IMG/VR virus record: IMGVR_UViG_3300043418_000072
Coordinates: 124,001 to 188,000 of that record
Strand: one strand, 5' to 3'
Length of the DNA: 64,000 bases
The position numbers and the translations under genes were made by a program. Below are positions 52,680-59,486 of this stretch, in pieces; position 1 is the first letter of the stretch; the number at the start of each line of letters is the position of its first letter. A model generated the notes under the pieces. It had not been told where the DNA came from. It was given only the letters and a program-made list of their open reading frames with translations, and searched no databases.

Positions 52680-53691
52680 CTACCGCCCATTGGACCATAT
52701 CGTAGTGGTCTTCAAAACACTCGTCGCTACGCACTTCTGCAATAGGAACCCAACGTGCTTTCTCTGCATCGTCACTGCCTTTTACTTTAGGCAATGCACC
52801 ATCAGGCAATTCAATCTTGTAGCAATGAGTAATGATACGACCACGTGGTGAACGATCAACAGCATCAAACACACGGTTGCCCGTAATGCTACCACGCAAC
52901 ACTGGCTCAGGTACTTTGATACCAGTTTCTTCACGGAGTTCGCGAATAGCTGCATCAAGTACGGTCTTGTCGGTGCTGGCGTTAACGTAACCACCAGGCA
53001 GTGCCCACAAGCCACGACCTGGCTCAGCACGGCGTTTGATCATAAGCACATGGCCTGAGCAAATTACTGCGGCATCTGCTGTGCTAAAGATTGGAGGGTA
53101 CTTCAAGCTGGCATATTGCTTGTTGTGTTCAATCAAGAATTCACGCTCACGGATAATCTGTGCAAATTCCTCAGTCTTACGAAAATTCATCAAGAAGTCA
53201 TAAGTTGATTGAGGTACAACATTCTTAATAAAGTTGCTGTTGAAGGTCCAGTTAAAGAACAGGTCACGAATGTTCACTGCACTAAGTGGTTCAATTTCCT
53301 CTACATCAACATAGCCCCATTGGGGGAACATGTCCAAGTAGAAACTTGATTCGTCTTTCTTGTGACCAATGATGGCAGTTTTAGTACCCAGGATTCGATA
53401 CTTGCTGACAATACCTTGCACACGAACTGCCCACGCTTGGTCGTTGTACATTGTATCAATGTTTTCTTCAATGTGAATACTCATTGCAAGACCACTTGTT
53501 GCAGCCTTAATCATTTGAGCACGTTCGGCACTGGTGAAGGGGTTTTTGTAAGTGCGGGGTTGAGCAGCTGAGCCTGTGATAATTACCAGATTGTCGGTCA
53601 ATGCTGTGGCTCGCTTGATAATCTCTAAGTGAGCATTGTGGAAGGGTTGAAAACGTCCGATGAGGACTAGTGTTCCGTATTCTTTAGACAT
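52672..53691 (-). CDS. nadM: Bifunctional NMN adenylyltransferase / Nudix ADPR pyrophosphatase
   Basis: GRFQPFHNAH, KNPF, Nudix box PGG...RELREETG. Confidence 0.95.
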   Translation of the reverse strand: MSKEYGTLVLIGRFQPFHNAHLEIIKRATALTDNLVIITGSAAQPRTYKNPFTSAERAQMIKAATSGLAMSIHIEENIDTMYNDQAWAVRVQGIVSKYRILGTKTAIIGHKKDESSFYLDMFPQWGYVDVEEIEPLSAVNIRDLFFNWTFNSNFIKNVVPQSTYDFLMNFRKTEEFAQIIREREFLIEHNKQYASLKYPPIFSTADAAVICSGHVLMIKRRAEPGRGLWALPGGYVNASTDKTVLDAAIRELREETGIKVPEPVLRGSITGNRVFDAVDRSPRGRIITHCYKIELPDGALPKVKGSDDAEKARWVPIAEVRSDECFEDHYDMVQWAVGV

Positions 53692-53692
53692 A

Positions 53693-54160
53693 TTAACCTC
53701 GCAATGCTTTGATGTCGGCTTCGGTTAAGCCCAGGGATTTTGCTCGAGCAATGGCTGCTTCTTTGGCTGTTTTTGCTTGCTGTTCAGCCTCAAGCTGTTG
53801 TTCAACTCGCAAGTCTTCCTGAGTGGGCTCAATGACACGAACTGGACCATACCATCCCCGACCGGCGTTGAACAATACTTCTTCTGTCACACGGCTATCA
53901 GTGCCCATGACATAGTTCTTCTTGGCTCGTCGCAATGCGGTGGACTTCTTCTCGCAAAGGTATTGAACATACTCACGTCCGCGACCTTCGGTCAAATCTG
54001 TGTTGGTCCATACTGCATAGACAGTCTGTTGTTTGGGGGTTTCTACATTGAGCTTTTCAGTCAATGCTTTTACGATAGCTTCGACTGCTGGGCGATTTGC
54101 AAGGGGCAATGCCTCACATACTGCGGCAATCATCTCGGGTGATGTGAAATCTACTGGCAT
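53693..54160 (-). CDS. Hypothetical protein
   Basis: TNTDLTEGRG; first gene of nadM unit. Confidence 0.75.
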   Translation of the reverse strand: MPVDFTSPEMIAAVCEALPLANRPAVEAIVKALTEKLNVETPKQQTVYAVWTNTDLTEGRGREYVQYLCEKKSTALRRAKKNYVMGTDSRVTEEVLFNAGRGWYGPVRVIEPTQEDLRVEQQLEAEQQAKTAKEAAIARAKSLGLTEADIKALRG

Positions 54161-54255
54161 ACAAAAATCCTTTGTATAATGTTGAGTACAGAAAGTCTAT
54201 CTCTCTGTATTTTTATTTATGTGTTTATTATAACACCTGATTCTTTATTTGTCAA
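54159..54255 (-). promoter_or_regulatory. nadM-unit promoter and two-hairpin leader
   Basis: TTGACA-17-TATAAT; G-ATAGA-C hairpin; SD-sequestering hairpin. Confidence 0.7.
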
Positions 54256-54443
54256 ACTTTTCTGTAGTCTGCGCGATAGTAGCAGTCAGGATCACCGGGG
54301 TCTTTGTTGTATGCTGCAACAAAATCCTTGGCTTCTTGTTCGTTATCAAACAACTTTTCTCCCATTGGGCGCTGACCATAACCACGCTCATATTCAGTCA
54401 TTGTGACTTTGTACAAGGGACCATTTAGTTTAACTTCTGCCAT
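54252..54443 (-). CDS. Small hypothetical protein
   Basis: EYERGYGQR; GGAG RBS. Confidence 0.7.
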   Translation of the reverse strand: MAEVKLNGPLYKVTMTEYERGYGQRPMGEKLFDNEQEAKDFVAAYNKDPGDPDCYYRADYRKV

Positions 54444-54517
54444 TTTCTGCTCCTTTGGGTTAACTACTTTCTACAGTTTTAGTATAACACTAGAGTCATT
54501 AAAATGCAACCAAAAGA

Positions 54518-54537
54518 AAACCCGCCGAAGCGGGTTT
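54518..54537 (-). terminator. UUCG-loop terminator, identical copy at 59447-59466
   Basis: AAACCCGC-TTCG-GCGGGTTT. Confidence 0.85.
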
Positions 54538-54618
54538 CTAATTAACTCTATAAATCTACGATTTTCCATTAACTTTTCCTATGTCGACAATAGGCCTAAG
54601 GCAAACGGCATATTTGAG

Positions 54619-55587
54619 TTATTGTTTGCTTTTGATTAGTGATTGATGTGCAACCAACTGCTCTCTGAGTTGTGCAAATTGCGGATGCACTAGAATGTCC
54701 AATGCAGATTCAATGCTACGTAACGCGGTGTTGAATAATGCAGGCGCTAGATTGTAAATGGCTAGATATTTTGGACTGTTGGCAGTATGTGCAACAAAAG
54801 TACAGCGGGGATTGTTTTCAACTATCTCAACAAAGTACTTGGCCAACGAGTGTATGTCAACGATTGAGATATTTGTGAGAGTGATATGAAATTTTATTTG
54901 AACTGGCAAATCCACAAACTTAGTAATGTTATCTTGTACTATGGACCAGACTGTGCCCGTACGTTGCAGTTCTGCTGTTCGTCCTACTCCATCAATGCTG
55001 AGATTTAATGTTGTATTAAATTTCAGCAGCTTCTCAACAAATATTTGATTGTACACGCTTGCATTGGTGTAGACTCGCAAGTTAATGTCTGTTCTGTCTT
55101 TAGCTATCAAGTGATCTAGCAACTGATAGTAGTGCTTAATTATCATTGGCTCGCCACCAGTTAATGTAAGGAACTTTAGATTCTCTGACATGGTAAGTAT
55201 CTCGGCCCAGTCAGAATCTGAAACGGTATTAACTGAGCCATTGATGAGAGAGCTGTTTTCGCTATTGCACATCTTGCACTGAAAATTACAAAGATTGCTT
55301 GCTCTCAGCTCCATATAATCGAGTTGGTCAACGGTAGTTTCACCATATAGTGCAAGTAGGTGCTGTCTTATACTTTGCAGCCCTGCGTCTTCTAGTGACT
55401 TGCATCCTCCGCAAGTTTCGTCAAACTCGTTATTTAAAAACTTGGTTTTTAAATCTTTAAGGTAATCACTATTTCTAAACTCTACTGGACTCATGCTAAA
55501 CTTCTTAGAACTAATGCAGCACACAGCCGATTGATCGACATGGTAGAACAAAGATCGCCACGGTGCAGGACAAAAGAATTTTTTCAT
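54619..55587 (-). CDS. Radical SAM protein with N-terminal SPASM/twitch-like Cys cluster
   Basis: CNFQCKMC, TGGEPM, YTN, SIDG. Confidence 0.9.
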   Translation of the reverse strand: MKKFFCPAPWRSLFYHVDQSAVCCISSKKFSMSPVEFRNSDYLKDLKTKFLNNEFDETCGGCKSLEDAGLQSIRQHLLALYGETTVDQLDYMELRASNLCNFQCKMCNSENSSLINGSVNTVSDSDWAEILTMSENLKFLTLTGGEPMIIKHYYQLLDHLIAKDRTDINLRVYTNASVYNQIFVEKLLKFNTTLNLSIDGVGRTAELQRTGTVWSIVQDNITKFVDLPVQIKFHITLTNISIVDIHSLAKYFVEIVENNPRCTFVAHTANSPKYLAIYNLAPALFNTALRSIESALDILVHPQFAQLREQLVAHQSLIKSKQ

Positions 55588-55605
55588 AGAATAGAGTGTG
55601 TAATT

Positions 55606-55631
55606 AGAAAATAGGGGCCGAAGCCCCTATT
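55606..55631 (-). terminator. Terminator after tmRNA
   Basis: AATAGGGGC-TTCG-GCCCCTATT-TTCT. Confidence 0.85.
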
Positions 55632-55632
55632 A

Positions 55633-55953
55633 CTATTTCCTGTTGCAAGGCATAGCTGCCCCGGAAGCCTTTATCAGGCAACCATTAGAAACTGTGAGTC
55701 GTTTGCATTTACTTTTTTTGCTTCTACGGCCGGGAAACCCCAACCCTACGGCTTCTGCTTTGCCGAGCTGTCCACTTGTTTACTTGTTGCCCTGTCGAAA
55801 CCATGGCAGGCCCATCAAAAACATACTAAGCACTTTACACCGATATCGTTTCTTAAGTTCGCCCACGATGTATCGAATAGTACGCTTTTGGTGGACCTGG
55901 CGGGAGTCGAACCCGCGTCCAGAACACTTTTCTCTTTGCTTCATACAGCAATA
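55633..55953 (-). ncRNA. ssrA: Circularly permuted two-piece tmRNA; tag ANDSQFLMVA
   Basis: Acceptor piece ends ...GGGTTCGACTCCCGCCAGGTCCACCA (55889) before coding piece GGGCCTG... (55813); G3-U70; tag 55674-55706; ends approximate. Confidence 0.9.
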
Positions 55954-55980
55954 ACTTATATTATAGCACAAGACTATAAT

Positions 55981-56367
55981 TTAACGACCTGTAGTTGTCC
56001 AATCCAGCACAACTTCATCGGTGGTAGCATCTCGTAATTGGTAACGGCGTTCAATTCCTGATGCTTGCTGAAAAGAAGCAACAGTAGTGGACTCGCCATC
56101 GACATGTGCTTGAGCTTGATTTTCTAACGCCAGTTCGTCGAAACATTTGTTAAACTGCTCAACTGATTCAAACATCATAGTTACTGTAGTGACTACAGAT
56201 CCATCAGGCATGTCAGCTCGTGTAGTGACATTTAACTCAGATCCGGGTGCGCTATACTTTGCAATTATTGCATCACGTGCATCATACACATGCTTGAATT
56301 CCGGGCGGTGTAGTGGTCTAACTGCCCCAGCTGGTGTAGTAATTTCTTTAATATACTTGATCATCAA
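55981..56367 (-). CDS. Hypothetical protein
   Basis: TAAATA at 56384-56389, GGAG RBS. Confidence 0.75.
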   Translation of the reverse strand: MMIKYIKEITTPAGAVRPLHRPEFKHVYDARDAIIAKYSAPGSELNVTTRADMPDGSVVTTVTMMFESVEQFNKCFDELALENQAQAHVDGESTTVASFQQASGIERRYQLRDATTDEVVLDWTTTGR

Positions 56368-56395
56368 ATTCTCCTATATGCTATATTTAGCCAAG

Positions 56396-56427
56396 AGAAA
56401 GGGCGAAGCCAAGTTCGCCCTGTTTTT
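56396..56427. terminator. Intrinsic terminator-like hairpin
   Basis: AGGGCGAA/TTCGCCCT stem. Confidence 0.7.
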
Positions 56428-56440
56428 GCACACTCGCTGA

Positions 56441-56779
56441 TTAAGCTGCGTCTGCTTCAGTTTTAGCTGCGGCCTTGGCCTTGAGCTTTTCCATGCTTGG
56501 CTTTTCTGCTTTGGTCTTTGTGACCTTAACAGTTGCCACGGCGTTGTACTTTGCATCAGCATTGTCAATTGCCTCTTTGTATGCAGCGTTAGCATACAAG
56601 TCTGTTGTCTTAAGGAAAGTAACCAATTCAGGCTTGGTCATCTCATTGGGCAAATCCATTAGCTGGATATCCGTATCTGTCTTTGCCAGAATCTTAACAC
56701 GGGTCATGTCAGTTGCGAAACGCACCTTGTAACCAGATTTGCACTTAGAAACACCACCAACTTTGAACAATTTAGTCAT
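56441..56779 (-). CDS. Hypothetical protein, K/A-rich tail
   Basis: YKVRFATD; promoter TTGACT-17-TATAAT at 56847-56875. Confidence 0.75.
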   Translation of the reverse strand: MTKLFKVGGVSKCKSGYKVRFATDMTRVKILAKTDTDIQLMDLPNEMTKPELVTFLKTTDLYANAAYKEAIDNADAKYNAVATVKVTKTKAEKPSMEKLKAKAAAKTEADAA

Positions 56780-56902
56780 TTGTAAACTCCATTTACGTTA
56801 ATTGAAAAACACACTCTCAATGTAGCCTCATTGCTACAGTATTTAAATTATAGTTGATTTCGAATTATGAGTCAACCACAATTTAAATTCTTTTTGCCCA
56901 TT

Positions 56903-57031
56903 TTACTGAGCCAATTCCTTGCTGTGGGTCTTGACAGAGTCAATGCTCTTGTCCAGAATCCTTGCAACACCGCTGAAGCCAACTGTGGCCACAACCAAAC
57001 CAAGAACAAACCCAATTGCTAAATTACGCAT
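56903..57031 (-). CDS. Small membrane protein (42 aa, not in track)
   Basis: MRNLAIGFVLGLVV... Confidence 0.6.
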   Translation of the reverse strand: MRNLAIGFVLGLVVATVGFSGVARILDKSIDSVKTHSKELAQ

Positions 57032-57033
57032 GA

Positions 57034-57249
57034 TTACTCCTCTACAACTTCACGAATGTCGGACCACGCAGACCATTGCATGTTGCGATGACCTCGGGCG
57101 ATAAAGTCTTGCGACAAGGCATTTGCCTGCGCATAAACTGTCTTGTCTTCCATTTGTCGGTATTGCAGCACACGTTCGTAGACGGTAACAATTTTTGTAC
57201 CGCTGAGTTTGCTACCAATTGGGCGTTTAAGCCAGCGCATTTCCATCAT
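57034..57249 (-). CDS. Hypothetical protein
   Basis: MEMRWL...VLQYR...WSDI. Confidence 0.65.
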   Translation of the reverse strand: MMEMRWLKRPIGSKLSGTKIVTVYERVLQYRQMEDKTVYAQANALSQDFIARGHRNMQWSAWSDIREVVEE

Positions 57250-57368
57250 ACCATGAATCCCCAAACAATAATGTTCATACCAATAAACACACCAAGCAAG
57301 AACACACTTACCTTTTCAAGCATTATGCTGCCTCCAACATGTTAGCTGGGAACAAGATAAATAAATAC

Positions 57369-57977
57369 ATGTTTAACTCCAGTAAATACACAAAAATTTA
57401 TTATAACATAATCAAACGAGCTTTTTCAAGATCGATAATTGGTTATACCGAAAAACACCACATCATCCCACGAAGCATTGGTGGCAACAACAAACGATCT
57501 AACATTGTAGCCCTGACTGCAAAAGAACATCGTCTTTGTCATTTGCTGTTGACTAAAATGGTTATTGATCCAGCGCATAGAAGTTCTATGTATCGTGCAG
57601 CTTGGTTCATGAGTAACCGAGTTTTGTTAGGTGTAAGCAAAGGATCATGCTATCAACAATTAAAGGAAGAGTTTGACAAACTTAACCGATCTCGTGTAGT
57701 TACTAACGAAACAAAACAAAAAATACGAGACAAGCGAGCACTACAAACAAACATATCTAACCAATACCTTTCAGGTAAATTAACTGAGTCGCCTCGCAAA
57801 GGAATACCAAATAAAAAGACTTCAGACGCACTTGCTGGACGAGTTATAACTTGGGGAGAAAAACTGTCTGAAACTGCTCTTACCCGTACTAAATGTTCGT
57901 GCATAAAATGCAAAAAAGTAGTTACAGTTGGATACAATGGAGACCGTCACTTTCTTACTTGTTTACTCAACCGCTGA
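57369..57977 (+). mobile_element. Free-standing HNH homing endonuclease with NUMOD3-like tail
   Basis: EKHHIIPRSIGG.N..SN...LT.KEH..CH; ATAAATA at 57357-57367; opposite strand to neighbours. Confidence 0.85.
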
Positions 57978-58241
57978 AAGCATGTTAGCTGGAACGTTCC
58001 AGTTCAGCGTACCGTTTTCCAGAACAGTCACGTTCTTGATCTTAACTTTCTTAACCACACCGTAATGCACCGCACGGGTTTTAGGATGTGTAAACTTAAC
58101 CTTGGTACCAATGACCAAGCTGCCTGTATTCTTGTGAATCATTTGAGCACGTACAAAACGGATCGCATCACTGATGTTATTCAGTTCGTCGTTAGTGTAG
58201 TTGCTAGCGATAATTGCACGGGCGATTTCAACAGCTTGCAT
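57963..58241 (-). CDS. Hypothetical protein (SH3-like)
   Basis: GTKVKF, WNVPANML; promoter TTGACT-17-TATAAT at 58272-58300. Confidence 0.75.
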   Translation of the reverse strand: MQAVEIARAIIASNYTNDELNNISDAIRFVRAQMIHKNTGSLVIGTKVKFTHPKTRAVHYGVVKKVKIKNVTVLENGTLNWNVPANMLSAVE

Positions 58242-58306
58242 TTCAGTTCCTTTGTTTCTTACTATGTGTATATTATACAACCAAAACCATTTCGAGTCAA
58301 CCGAAA

Positions 58307-58633
58307 TTAGCGTGGCACGTGATATTGAAAGCCTTGGGCAGACACTTTCTTAAAGATGCCTTCCTTTGACCAGTCTTCTTCGAGCAATCGCAGTGTTTTG
58401 CGATCTGCAATTAAGGCACCATCTTGCACTTTAACGCTGGCACTCTTCTTACCATACGATGGCTCATAAACAGTACCGTGGAGCACCATCTCAAGTGCGA
58501 GCTTGATGCGGTCCAAACGGATTTGCTGGGCTGTGGTGTACAGGGTTTTGTTTGCATGGTTGCGCATACGGCGATCTTGCAATGCGAAAAACTTGTTATT
58601 TGATTCTTTAGTTTCAAGTGACATCGTTAACAT
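58307..58633 (-). CDS. Hypothetical protein
   Basis: Promoter TTGACC-17-TATAAT at 58664-58692. Confidence 0.75.
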   Translation of the reverse strand: MLTMSLETKESNNKFFALQDRRMRNHANKTLYTTAQQIRLDRIKLALEMVLHGTVYEPSYGKKSASVKVQDGALIADRKTLRLLEEDWSKEGIFKKVSAQGFQYHVPR

Positions 58634-58696
58634 GCTAACTCCTGTTTTGTTTGCTATGTAGCTATTATACCCGAAAATTCATTTCGGGTCAACCAT

Positions 58697-59122
58697 TTAT
58701 TCTGCGCCGAAGTTTGCACTCAAGTACGCACGGCACTGAGCTTCGGTACGCTTGGTTACTACAACACGCCCGCCCCAGAATCCCACATAGAGATCACGGT
58801 GATCCAGGAACTTGATTTCACCGTCTGCACCAGTGTGCTTTTGACGGGTAGCAGCTTTTTGTACTACTTTTGTAGCAGTTTTCTTAGCAGGAGTTTTAGC
58901 TGGCACTTTTGCTGCGGGCTTGGTTTCTGCTGTCTTTTTAGCAGGAGCCTTTTCTACTACTTTCTTAGTAGCTGGTTCTGCTTTAGGTGCAGTTGCATAC
59001 CCGTGCTTGACATCGTAGTTAGCAATTTGACGCTCAGTCATGCCCCAAGTATCAAGCAAACGCTTGACTTCGGTACCAGAGAGTTGATGCCAGTTAATGC
59101 ACGAATCGGTCCAGTTTTTCAT
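58697..59122 (-). CDS. Protein with histone H1-like PAKK repeats
   Basis: KAPAKKTAETKPAAKVPAKTPAKKT; promoter at 59153-59181. Confidence 0.7.
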   Translation of the reverse strand: MKNWTDSCINWHQLSGTEVKRLLDTWGMTERQIANYDVKHGYATAPKAEPATKKVVEKAPAKKTAETKPAAKVPAKTPAKKTATKVVQKAATRQKHTGADGEIKFLDHRDLYVGFWGGRVVVTKRTEAQCRAYLSANFGAE

Positions 59123-59177
59123 TGCTAACTCCTTTTTACTTACTATGCCATTATTATAGCAAGAAATCCATTTCGGG

Positions 59178-59408
59178 TCAACCAAAAGCCTTAATTAGGC
59201 CAACTAGGCACACAATGATGCCCACTGCGTTAACAACCATCTGTGGCCGATTTGCAACACGTAGGCACCAGATTAAGTAGCAAGTACTACCACTGAGTCC
59301 TGCTACAATGTTCCATGGATAGATGTTCATTGACATCAAAGTGTACATGGCCATAAAGCAGAGTGTGCCAGTCCACTGCAAGATATCGTTGACGTTTAAT
59401 TTTTTCAT
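59178..59408 (-). CDS. Small membrane protein
   Basis: Three hydrophobic segments; promoter at 59415-59443. Confidence 0.7.
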   Translation of the reverse strand: MKKLNVNDILQWTGTLCFMAMYTLMSMNIYPWNIVAGLSGSTCYLIWCLRVANRPQMVVNAVGIIVCLVGLIKAFG

Positions 59409-59486
59409 ATAGACATTATACGCCCGAAATCGTTTTTGGTCAAGAGAAACCCGCCGAAGCGGGTTTGTGATCTCTGTACATTGAGT

